From contig CM060731.1 in assembly GCA_030704615.1 (NCBI GenBank), forward strand, positions 8,804,001 through 8,868,000: DNA of 64,000 bases, in the 5' to 3' direction. Shown here piece after piece: positions 50,470 to 62,400 of this stretch. Position 1 is the first letter of the stretch; each line of letters starts with the position of its first letter. The position numbers were made by a program, and so were the translations under genes. Under the pieces are notes generated by a model. That model saw only the letters and a list, made by a program, of their open reading frames with translations, ran no database searches and had not been told where the DNA came from. The stretch is from Takakia lepidozioides (Eukaryota; Plantae; Bryophyta).

Positions 50470-53400
50470 CTACCACCTGAGTAGGCCAGTGAAAATATCT
50501 GCATCTCCTTCCATACCAAACAAGTGCATGTCCCCTGATTTGCAAGCATGGTAAGAAGCGCCTGCAAGAGACAAAATGATGGAATTATACTTTTAGAATA
50601 TTGAGTAAAAGTGCAGAAGGAAAGAATCGATGACAAAGGCAAGAAGAGAAACCTGTGCCCAGAGTGAGATCTATGATGCGGGCCCCTGGCCGAGAACAAC
50701 TCTCAATGATCGTTTGGATAAAAGCCGGGCTTTTTTCACGGGCCCCTCTCCAAGGCGTTTCTATTTGGCTTTCGCAAACATATGTTGGAGTCCACATAGT
50801 TGTAGTGCATGTCATCGACGACAGGATCGAACCTCTCGTTTATGAAACATCCTCCCCCATGAAGTTCGAACTCCACCACTGTGGTGGGAGTCGACAGTGG
50901 ATGTACCCTCACGAGACAGACGGCCTCAAATAGACGGGTCTGCGATGAAGAGGTCAATAATTAGTGAGGATGTTTCAGCACATCTGGGTGGGAGTGCAGA
51001 CCCATTCCGGATGGAACGGGTTTAGAGTCATTGCTCCTGCACCGCCATAACTGAGTGCGCTGAAGCACTCAATTCAGGCAGTGCGAACCGCATGACTTCA
51101 TACCAGTCAACAGTGGAAGTTCAACAGAAAGGCATAAAAAAAGTATTGAAACGTACCTTCTGCCTTGGGAAATCCCCCTTCGTCAGATATAGGTTGTTGA
51201 CACAATTCTAGGTCTTGATAATCCGCATCCCCGAGGCTTTCGAGTAGCTTGCCAGCTCCCCGGCGACATCTCATCGTGACAGATTGTATGATAACAAGAA
51301 CCCCTGCATCGGAAAGGAAAAACTTGCAAAAGGAAAATACCCAACTCCAATACCTCTCGTCAAATTTGTTCCATGTTGGGCAGGTGTTACTGGGCAGAAT
51401 ATCCAGGACTGGATGCCCGTCCGGAATGTCCACAATAACCATCTCCGAAGCAAAACGGTTTCAGTGCACCATTCACCCAAGATTCCTTCCCCCTCCATGC
51501 CTGCAAGCAATATAGCGTGTAAGAAGGGGAAGATGTTTTATAAGCGACCTTTCTGATCCGAGTAAAAAATTAACAAAGAAAACAAAACACAAACACGTGC
51601 ATGATAATTGCTTACCGATTGGAGAAAAACACATAGCTTGTCCCAAGTATTGGAAGGATCACCACTGTAACTTGACTTCCTTGTCTCCATCATGGCTAGG
51701 AACCCGTCGTTTACCAGCTCGCACGTGCCCGGAAAAATGATTCTAGATGGGTGCTCCATTGCATCGTAGGGCTCTTTAAGACCCTTCTTCTTTCGGTCAG
51801 GCTTTCTGGCTGGGGGTGGGGTCTGCACTGGCCCCGGTTGCACCGCGGACTCCATCTCATTCTCATTCGGAGTGGTTTTCTGCCCCTTTACCTTCCCTTT
51901 CCCCTTGTCCTTTCTAGGCTTGACTGGCGTATTCTGTGCAAGAGGCTCTTTCTCAGCCAATATCCTCAAGTTTTCTCATGCAAACTCCTTCTCCGTTAGA
52001 GGGGCCAAGGCTCTGCATTGTCGTTTTGATTTCGGGTCACAAGCTCAGACCAAGGGCATCCAGACCGTGGGGATATCCATATACCAGCAGCAGTCTCGAA
52101 GATGCGAGGTCTCGTAATCCTTCAAAATCCCTGCAGTGTACATTGTCTGAGCGTTGGATGGATCATACCATAGGTCAATAAAGTGCGGGTGTCGACTCAG
52201 GTTATTGCCTGGAATGAGAACGTTCTTGATGTACCTACACAATCAAAACAAAGGGAATATTAGTGAGTGGGGAAAGTGTGAGATAATAGTTTAAGGACCC
52301 CTTGACTGTGTGCGCCAGCGCACTCAATTTTGGTCTGTCCACCCAGGCCCTACTTACAAGCCAGAGCATATGTGGTTCAGTACAGGATCGGATATTCGTA
52401 TGTAGAATGAAAGCTTGGGAGACACAGAAGTGCCCACCCCTTTACTGAGTGCGTCAGCGCACACAATTTTGGGACTGTTTATTCAAAAGAGCAGGGCTGC
52501 AACGAAATCGAAACTTCGTGAGACAGACGTAGTCTTCTAGAGTATCCGTCGGTGGAGTCATAGTTATCTTGTAATCGTTCAGCTGCTTCTCCAGCACCAG
52601 CTGTGCCCGAGCCTCTATCTGCGCAAGAACAGTTCTACAATTCAGAGAAAAGATGTTTAAGAAGAGTAAGTGACTTTTCCCAGTGCAATGCAGATTTGCA
52701 GTGGAATGGAAAGGGGAGAGGAAAAAACCTGTGCCCAGTACGTGGCTTTGTGCAGCCACATATCGAGAACATGGTCACTGAATTGCTTTATGACTCATGT
52801 TTCCTTGTTCTTCTCACTCTTCAGAAAGCAGTGGTTATCTTTCACTGTCGGGTCGGCGTTCCAAATCTCAAGCCATTTCACTTTCACCTCTGGCTCCACT
52901 ACGGCAGTGGACAGGCGATGAAGCTTCTCCTGCATCATTTCGGGCTTGGTGTTCACGTTCCAGTGGATCCTGACCTGATTCAAGAACTTTGGGCCAAAAG
53001 CAGGGTCGGCTATTCTGAGTTGTTTCACGAACGCGCTCATGTAGTGCCTCTTCGCCACCTCCATCTCTTTGTTCATAGATTCTTCCACTCCTTTTGAGGA
53101 TCGTTCCCCTGGGTCTTTTTTTGCATAGTACTCTGCTTTCCCTTTCTCTCCAGCCTCCGCAATCTCTTGCTGAACATTCCAGTATACAACTTAGTAGTCA
53201 ACTGGTTTTATGAATGAACAAGTAGACAGAGCTAGGGAATGAATACTTACAGCATACATGTAGTCACAGAAAGCCTCCCTGGTGAGCTTGTACCATGTGT
53301 CGGCGGATTTGGAGGTCTCGCACTTCTTGTAAGCCTCAACACTGATAAGGTTTTTGAAGGTGACCAGTGGCATTTGGCCCACCTTTTGTATCCTAAATAG

Positions 53401-55870
53401 AGTGTGGACCAAATTCGTCGTCACGTTTGCACTTTCGGTTCCCCTGCAGTCCCACACAAACACTATGACTTCCTCCTTCACCAGGAAATACAAAACAGAC
53501 AGAACAAATCGGAGAATTCTGATGGCATGAAGGGTGAGCATTATACTTACTTGTTGATGTCATGCATAGCCGTCAGAAGTGTTGTGACGTTTCCTTCGGA
53601 TCCAGCACCATGGACGCCACAAGGTAGTGCCAGTCCTCGTCTGTGCTGTGATATTTGTTTATGACGTTCATCCAGGCCATGAAGCGGTGATTGCCATCCC
53701 AAATATGAAACATTTTCCCGGAGAACACTTGTGTGGACAGTCTCCTCGAAATCTGGGCTTCAAACTCCTCGTTTACTTCTCGCCATATTGGATCCCAGCT
53801 TTTCACAATTGACTCGTCCACCAAGACCTCCTGTCCACTGGCATCGCACAATGACACGTAAAACACTGGAGACCCCTCTATGTATCCGTGACTAAAATCC
53901 TGCTCCAACTTGGACACATCCCCGGTCAGGGCAGGTCGAACGATTGGCATTGATATTAGGCGGCAGAGAGGGATCATAATCTTGCCTCCAGGTACCTGCA
54001 TAGACTTGATCACCTGCGCGGAATTGACCTTCTGGTACATGAGGACCTTTGCCGCTCTTTCTTCGTAGAAAGGATCGTCTTCTTCAACAGGCTTCTCAGT
54101 CACTGCCTCCTCCTGTTGCTGCTGCTTCTCAGGCTGCAATCCTTTTCTTTTCCTCCCCTGCACCTCCCACAATTACAGCCTTTTCGTCATTCCACATCTA
54201 CATTTTCCTGATCTGGCACCTACAAGAATTGAGTGCGGTGGCGCACTCACTTTCGAGACTCACAAAGGATCGGAACATACAAACATCAGTTCTCCAAAAC
54301 TACACATATAACCCTCATTTCCTGTCAATCGGAATTGAGTGTGGTGGCGCATTCATTTCTTGGACACCTTCCATGACATCTATGAAATTATGTTCATTGC
54401 AGGCACTCCATCTCTACTCAGTCAATGGCTCCTTTGTCACTTCCTCTTCCACATTGTGTGCTTCATTCTAGAGGCAGAAACTGAGTGCGCCACCACACTC
54501 AAAACTGTACAAATATATATTCAGTTAAAAACCGGATTCAAAATCAACTTCGACTTACATACTGTCTTCAAATATCTGCGAGTCCACTGTTAAAATTGAG
54601 TGCGCCACCACACTCAGTTTCCAGGGTGTTCTGATGTTCGCCCCATAACTAAAAAAGAATGCTTTCCAATTTTCACAATCATTTTCACTTTGTAGTTCAT
54701 CTCAGACATCATCAAATCAACCATCTAAAGGTGCTCAAAAAACTGAGTGCGGTGGCGCACTCATTTCTGGGAGCCCTTAACCTACTTTCTCTTTCGAGCA
54801 CACCAGGGTCTTTACCTCTGTCCACGAAGATGGTCGACCTCACCTCAGAACTGAGTGCGACACCGCACTCAGTTTCAAGGTTATCGTTTCTGTCTATCTG
54901 AAAACTCAAAAGAGATCTCGATTTGAATGAAACACACTTTCTAACTTTCGTTTCACCTCTCTCATAAGCAAACTGACCATTCTATGGTGATCCAAAATTG
55001 AGTGCGGTGGCGCACTCAGTTCTGGGAGCCATTAAATCTGTCTGCCTACTTCTGTTTTGAGTTCATTGGGGTCTTCACGTTTGTCCAAAAACATTTGTCG
55101 ATCACACCTCTGAACTGTGTGCGCCAACGCACTCAGTTTCCAAGTTAGACTTAATGTGATTCTCAGAACTCATAAGAGATCTCACTATGGAATAAACGCA
55201 CTTTCTATCTACCGTTCACCTCAGGCAATAGCAACTCAATGATTCCATGGAGCTTAGAAACTGAGTGCGGTGGCGCACTCAGTTCAGGGTGGCTACTCCA
55301 CTGTCTCTTGGACCTAAACTGTGAACATCACCTTCCTCTTTCCCTAATGCCCAAGTGATCACCCAGCATCCAGTTGAAATGAGTGCGCCACCGCACTCAG
55401 TTTCCCCTTGTCCCTCTCAGGGTTCCGTTTCAGATCCTGCTGCCTCTAAGACTTTCTTATTCACCTCGGCCTACAATGGAAGTGATAGAGCTCCCCTCAA
55501 AACTGAGTGCGGTGCCGCACCCAATTTTCAGGGGATCTCTCGTATCCTGTCTATGCACTTGGTATGACAGTCAAGCGACATTTATGCAGTTTGGGAGAAG
55601 GATTACCCTGGGTTTCATGACACCACTTCCCGATGCATCTTCTTGTTGCGTCCTCACAACTTCCCTTGGTGTCGCTTCTTTCTCACCGACGGTGGTGGTG
55701 TCGATGTCCATGTCATGCACAATGGTCTCCGTGGCAGTCTCCTCCCCTTCCCTTCTTCCCTCCATTTCAGGCTGGCCCGCCTCTGTGATCTGTTCTGATT
55801 CGTGGGTTGACGTATCCTGTGCAACCTGCTGATCATCAGCATTTTGCACATTGCGCAACTTTCTCATTCT
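50470..55870 (-). pseudogene. Spliced gene: acidic N-terminus + ParB/Srx-like domain + beta-class N4C/N6A DNA methyltransferase; degenerate
   Basis: ParB-like: IPLCRLISMPIVRP...FHIWDGNHRFMAW (53573-54172). MTase: VIVDIPDG (motif IV position), WNKFDERYWSWVFSFCKFFLSDAGVLVI, then PWRGAREKSPAFIQTIIESCSRPGARIIDLTLGTG|ASYHACKSGDMHLFGMEGD, matching HPTxKP..I...S.PG..VLDPF.GSGTT......R..IG.E. GT-AG introns separate the segments; multiple stops and frameshifts. Exon joining is by eye. Confidence 0.72.
54226..55527. repeat. Array of 11 ~28-bp palindromes AAAYTGAGTGCG-(GTGG/CCAC)-CGCACTCARTTT
   Basis: Cores start at 54230, 54336, 54482, 54597, 54744, 54852, 54999, 55116, 55262, 55380 and 55504. Three outliers at 51052, 52307 and 52446. 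Confidence 0.92.
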
Positions 55871-56479
55871 GACTCGCGCGTTTTTCCTCTCTCTCGCACT
55901 CGTGAAGAACAGGGACTGTCTTCTACGTCTTCTTACTATGTCTTCTCTCTCACTCCCGCAGCTCTCCAGCTTGACTAACAACAATAGAGAAAGTAAGGAA
56001 CCCTCCAAAGCCGTCAGTTATGCATGTGGTTAAGGACGTGCGTGTCTACCTTCTAACCCCCCAAATGGATCGATCTCACTGGCTGCGGTTTATTGGGCGC
56101 CCCTAATGCCATCAATAAGGCCGTTTTCTTCAAATGTGGATGTTTTGTGATTTAAATGAAATATTGCGCACATGAGGCATGCCATCGCCCTATCATACAC
56201 GGATTTTTCCTTCTTCAAAATGAAAACATACATAACGTCAGGAACGCCATGTCCGCGTTCATCTGGCGTCGGATATTTCCCGGGTTTGGCACTCAATGCA
56301 CTGTCCGGGTTCACGTTGCAGCCTACAGGAATATGGTTTCATATGACGTTCATGGTTTAGCTATCCTTAAAACGATTACTTCGTAATCGTTTCTGAAAGC
56401 ATACCGTCGGACAACCTCTGTTGCATGTCTTAGGAAATGGGCAGTAGTGTCGATAGTCTGTTTTGTCTAAGTCATAAAC

Positions 56480-58735
56480 CAGCGGTTAACATTTGGCGGA
56501 TTCGTCCTATTGTAGTGGGGGAGGTTCTGTATCGCTTGCTGAGCCGCTCTATCTGCATCCAGTTTCGGGAGGTCTTTTCTTCTCATTTTTCTCCACATCA
56601 GTTTGGGGTCGCTATTTCGGGAGGTTGTGAAGCGGTGGTGCATGGGATTCGGGCTTCCCTTGACCTTCATCCAGACTGGGTCGTCCTTTAGGTGGATGTG
56701 ACCAACGCCTTCAACACGGTGTCCAGATCAACAATATTTCAAGAACTGCGATCAGCCGGCGGCGCATGCCATCAACTCATTCCCTTTGTGAGATTGTTTT
56801 ATGCTTCCTCCACCCCTTTGTTTTACAGTCATCACACCCGTACCGGAGATCTTTCTATAATCCAGTCCGAAGTAGGAACCCGTCAGGGCGATCCATTAGG
56901 GGGACCTCTTTTTGCTTTTGTCCACTTCCGAGCCCTTCGCTCATCTGCGCAAGCCTTCCAATCTTGTATATTTCCTTCTATTGCTGATGATACCCACATC
57001 ACTGGCCCTCCCACTCATATCATTTTGGCTTTCCATCACTTTGCTACCCAACTTCACTCTCTTGGGCTCACTGTTCAACCTCGCAAATCCACAGTTTGGT
57101 CACCCTCTGGTCTGCCTTCAGATTTCGTGCCCCCTGTTGACTTTGTAGCACCATCTGAGGGTATTCGAGTGTTAGGTGTTCCCTTTGGTAGTACCCCTTA
57201 CACAACATCTTTCTTCCAAGACGCTTTGCTACATGATACAAGCCATATAGAGCTTCTTCCCAAACTAGGCGATATGCAGGTAGCCCATGGCATTCTCACC
57301 AAATGCTTTTTACAGCGACCTTCTTATCTTTTGCATTGTTTCCCCCCCACTCCCCAGTTTGTGGAGCTTCTGTCTTCTTTTGATACGACTATTATGGGGG
57401 TTTTTGGTCGTCTATTAGGCCCAGGTGCATTTGATAGTGAGCAGGGGCCATTGGCATGTCGTCAGGCTACCCTCCCGATCTCTTCTGGAGGAGTGGGTTT
57501 ACTACCCACAGTCGTCACTGCCCTTGTTGCCTTCCTAGGTAGTTGGGCTTTAGTCGCTCCAGCCTTGGCATCTCGGTTTCTGTGTCAGCAACATCCTTTT
57601 CTCATGGAGGTGGTTGCCCACATCGACGATGGCTCTTTGTCCTTCCAGCAACATCTTCGTTCAGTGCGGGATCTCATCCCAACACCAGCACGGGCTTGTC
57701 TGCCACCCTTTGAACAGTTGGTCACTCAAGGTCTGGAGCATTTACAGGATACCATCATGGAACGCGTGCACCGACACTCATTTGTCAGTATGCTTTCCAA
57801 CGCTCCTTCAGATGCACATCGGGCCAGACTTCTCTCGTGCGTAGGGCCCGGAGCAGGCGCGTGGCTCACGGTACGACCAACCATTGCACCCTTCCGTATG
57901 TCTTCTGATGTATTTACCACCTCCCTACGAGTTCGACTGGGTCTTCCGCATCCCTCTGTGTTAGGACTACAACAGTGTGTTTGTCGCCATCTTCTCGATT
58001 CACTCGGCGTACATCTTCTTTGTTGCCCCTACAGTGGAGAACGTACTGCGACCCATGACGTCGTCCGGGATGCAGCAGCTGCGGTTGCTCGTGATGTTGG
58101 GATACATGTCATTCAAGAGCAGGTGCACATATTCCCATCGACCCACAATCACCATTCCACTCGACGACGGGTTGACATTGTTCTCTCACAGGACGGACTG
58201 CGTACATTGGCGGACGTTGTCATCGCTGATCCTACTAGGTCGGATCTCCTGCCCCGCACAGCCTCATCACAGGGAGTTGTCGCTTCAGTAGCTGTGTAGG
58301 GAAATGAGCATGACTATCCATAGACACATTCCTTCCTTTGGCAGTCAAGATCTTTGGTTGTTTGCATCATCAGTTCAACGAGTTCCTTCGCACATGTGCC
58401 CATCGTGCAGCAGAAAACAAAAGCCTTGGAAGCCCATACGCCTCTGTTCTTGTAGCTTTCTTTAGACAACGAGTTTCTGTTGTTTTGCAAAAGGCTCAAG
58501 CTCAATCGATTTTACGTTGGGCAGAGGTTGCTAGGGCGGCTTCATCTCGCCTCCCCGCACTATCTGATCCACCCTCTTTCCTGTTGTCTGACCTTCTTCA
58601 GGCGGTAGGTGATACTAGAATAGTTTGATTTATTTCTTTGTGTTAATATATCTAGCTTTACGAGCTTTGGTTGTTTCCTCTTGGGGACAGTTACACCCAT
58701 TTGTACAGTCACCCCACTTGGGTCTTTTTATAAAG
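56480..58735 (+). mobile_element. 5'-truncated non-LTR retrotransposon with restriction-like endonuclease (CRE/R2/NeSL-like)
   Basis: IRPIVVGEVLYRL, QFGV, D..NAFN, GTRQGDPLG, SIADD, LGVPFG, GGVGL, CVC...HLLCC...THDVVRD (Zn knuckle), RRVDIV...LADVVIADP (PD-D/ExK-type), FGCL. In-frame stops at ~56689 and ~58297. Confidence 0.88.
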
Positions 58736-58828
58736 CTATGCAGGGTTATAGCAAACGTCCCAGGATTCACACTTGTTGGCATACCTAGTCATCTTGAGGA
58801 AAGTGATCTTCCCAGTGCTGATCATAAC

Positions 58829-59580
58829 CAATGTTGGGAGGTTATTTATTCTTGTCTCTAATAACAGTTGGTTATCTATCCGGTTATATATATATATAAC
58901 TGCAGGAGATGAAATTTTTTAAATAACCGGTCCCGATAGGAACCGGCAGACTATACGCATACAAGTAACCAATCCCAATAGTAACTGGCGGAGGCCAAAA
59001 CTTTAAAAATTGATGTAGACAACCGGTTGGGTGTTTTCTAAGTGGACGGTTATGAATATACATATTGGGTCTAATAACCTAAGGCTATGAGTGGCGGTTA
59101 TGAGGTGTGAGTCCTTGGCTAGATTCATGAATGAGATTGCCAAGGCTTCATATATTGAAGCACATTGAAACATTATGATAGGACATTCTTTGAAATCCCC
59201 ATTGATGAGCCCAATTTATTTAGTTATTCCAGATGCATGTGTCATATATCTAAAATATATCTGCAGGCCAGCTCCATTGTACTGATGCAGGCTTGAAAAC
59301 ATATTTATGATTGATAGAAGTTTCAACTATAATTCCATATTATTTTATAAATAAATAAATAAATATACATAACCGGTTGTATAACCCTCAGTTGTAGCAA
59401 AAATGATAACCGGATTTATGGATACCGGGCCAAAAAAACATGTCACTCTTAATCGCAACCGGCAGGTTATTAGAAAGTCAATAAATTGAAGTAACCGGCC
59501 TACAAGGTTCTTTCCATATTGAGTTCCAACGTAACTGCAACCGCCTGTTAGCAAAAAATATAAATAACTGCCCAACACTG
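58829..59580. mobile_element. hAT-type MITE 1
   Basis: Termini CAATGTTGGG ... CCCAACACTG; flanks ATCATAAC / GTCATAAC. Confidence 0.7.
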
Positions 59581-59588
59581 GTCATAAC

Positions 59589-60176
59589 CAGTGTTGGACT
59601 GGTATGTCCATTTTTTAATACCAGACTGGTCCTGGTGTGAAGGGTCCCACCCCTTTTTCATACCAGGTATCTATACAGGTATGAGCAACTTGGGTATGAA
59701 TCTGGTATGAGTAGTTGTACTTTGGGCTGTATAGAGTATGGTACTGGTATTGCCCTTTCTCTGTAGTGATGGGGGGGGGGTATGAGCACTGGTATGGTAT
59801 TTCTACAGCTCACCATACATAGAAATAAATATCATTTAGCACATAGCTAATTTTAATCCAAGCCGTGAAACACCAGGCAAAGTAGCACGAAACAGCAAAT
59901 GAAGTCTAAATTGCAACATGGAGCCTTGAATTAACCAAATTGTAGTACAAGGTATAACTAGCTGCACTAACATATACTCATACCTACCTCCATTCGCCAT
60001 GAACTCACCGCAATACTGGTATCAGGACCATGCTATTCCTCCATATACCCAGACTAGTACGTGTATCACGTGGGTACACTGGTTCTTTCATACCCGACTT
60101 TAGTATGTTCTTCAGTATATATATTCATACCTGTATTCCATACCTAGGTTAAACCAGGTATACCAGTCCAACACTG
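59589..60176. mobile_element. hAT-type MITE 2
   Basis: Perfect TIRs CAGTGTTGGACTGGTAT ... ATACCAGTCCAACACTG; flanks GTCATAAC / GTCATAAA. Confidence 0.85.
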
Positions 60177-60623
60177 GTCATAAATCCATTAGGATATGAA
60201 ACTAGGGCTGGAACTGCCATAGTGCTTGGGGCAGCCAACAGTAATCCTGTAACTTGAGTGGTGACGTCAGGGCTGCATTGACAGCGTAATCGGAGCTGAT
60301 ATCAAAACGGGTACAGGACCCTATATTACTCAATGTTTTCTTGAGTTTGCACAGCTAGTGGGGGACAGAAGGTACAACTTTACATGTCCAGCTGAAGAAG
60401 GGGTTGAGGTTGAAGTAGGTCACTGGATCTGCAGGTGAGCGTGGACACTGGTAGGTGAGTTATTCTGGAGCTCTGTAGAGTTGTAGATTAGAGGAGCACA
60501 AGGACTACAGGTCTCAGAAGGATATGTTAACTGGGGGACTGGTCAAATGTTAGAGTTTTGGCTGAGGGGTAAACTGACAGCTTATATAATTTTTGTTGGT
60601 GCTGCAATATCCTTGCTTACCAG

Positions 60624-62400
60624 GGGCATTGCTGGCAGGCTCGGCAGGGCAGGGCTTCACACCTCACATCATTACAGTTGCAGGTCTTGAGGTAAAGCCA
60701 CTTCCACTTTCTTTTACTTGGGTGTCCTGATGCTCAATTGTCATTCTTTCCATGTTAGCTTGGTCCTGCAAAGGTATGTTTGACAGAAGGGGAAGCATCA
60801 TTGGATGAGGTGAATTGGCAGGCAGTGTTATCTCTGCAATTTGATGGAGGATGTGGGACTCTGGGATTTCCAGGATGTTGCAACAAAGATAATGTCATTT
60901 GCGCAGCATGGACCACGAGCCTTGTGTGTCATGTCAGCCAATGGTGCTGTCTCCAATGTCACCCTACGCCAGCAGGCATCCTCAGGGGGCACGGTCACAT
61001 ATGAGGTAGAAAGAAATGAAAGAAAGTGATTGCTTCCTACATTTCATATGGGTTCTCTATTTTCTTTTTCTTATGTCAACTTTAGGGCTGCTCTCTTCCT
61101 GCCTGCCATATTGAGTGGCACTTATCTACTGCTGTGGATGACAAGACTTGTCGTGTCACTATGATTTGTGAATGAGAAGAGGATATGCTTGTGAGCATAG
61201 GCCAAGTAGACCCATTGTGGATGAATCTGAGGTTCGTGATCATGACTTTCTGCCATGGCACATGGAAGGTTGAAACCTAGCTTAATAACATCTTATTGGA
61301 GTTGTGAACCTAACCTTGATGAGAGGTAAATAACATTGTGTTAGCACAGGCAGCTCAGGCCAGACACTATAACCCCCGGGTTGTCTATTCTGATGCTTTC
61401 AAAGTTGGTCAGTCTGTTTTGTGTGCGATTGCAGCCTGGTAAGCAAGTCTCCAAGGCCAAACGGAAAATTGTCATGAATCGCTCGTATTTTTGCTGCAGG
61501 GGCGATTTGAGATCCTATCTTTGTCGGGTTCATTTCTTCCAACAGATTCTGGAGGCGTATCCCGCCAACGAACGGGTGGGCTAAGTGTCTGTTTAGCGAT
61601 GGACGTGTAAATAGGTGGTGGTGTTGTGGCAGGCCTGCTTATGGCAGCATCCCCTATACAGGTAGCTCTTCAGGGTTTTATGTGTCTGGTTTTGCCTGTT
61701 CTTTCCAGGTCTCCCCACACATTCACATAATTCACAGAGGCATGGAGAAGGGGAGGGGGGGAGTGGGGTGGGATTGGTTTCAGCGAGGATTTGAAGGGCC
61801 ACAGAATGGGGATGTTGTCAAAAAGGAATACTGAAGTAGCAAACTTGCTAGCAAGTCAAAGTGAGCTCAGTGGATGACAAGCTTGCTCTTACCAACAATC
61901 CAATTAAAGATTCAAATAACTGCACAAACAAGTTCTTTGTAAGGTAATGTTTGGCACTACGTCTTAAATCTTACTGGCTAACTGAGTGTGCTGATCGAAA
62001 ATGACTGTAACAGTACTCTTTTGTGGCACTGCTGTAGAAGAGTAACCACATTGAACCATAAACCGCCTTCTGTCTTTTGGTTCTTCAAATTCTGTAGATG
62101 TTTGCATCATGACAGCAGGGTGGGGAGCTTGCAATTGTATGACAGCTTCCTTGTTGTTCTGTAGGTGTTCTGAGCAAGATGCCCGAAAGCTTATGTTGAA
62201 TGCATCCTCTCTAACTAGTAGGTCTGCTGGCGGTTGATTTTAAGCTCAGTTTCCAGCACAACATGTAAACATTTTTTTTGCTGCACTGTAGGTGGTGGTG
62301 GGTAGTTTCATTTCAGATCTTGGGAAAACAAAGCAAGGACTGGAAGCTGGAGTGAGCCAGGAGTTACATTGTCTCCAGCAGCCACATCTGGGGCTGCCAC
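60624..62400 (+). pseudogene. AT-hook motif nuclear-localized (AHL, PPC/DUF296) gene, disrupted
   Basis: Exons GALLAGSAGQGFTPHIITVAGLE; DVATKIMSFAQHGPRALCVMSANGAVSNVTLRQQASSGGTVTYE; GRFEILSLSGSFLPTDSGG..RTGGLSV.LA[frame disrupted, TAA]IGGGVVAGLLMAASPIQ; VVVGSFISD. No intact AT-hook exon or start was found upstream. Confidence 0.8.

Noticed and set aside
54226-55527. CRISPR array interpretation of the palindromic repeats
   Set aside because: Spacers are 80-120 bp and related to each other, repeat cores flip orientation, no cas genes are present, and the context is a spliced eukaryotic locus.
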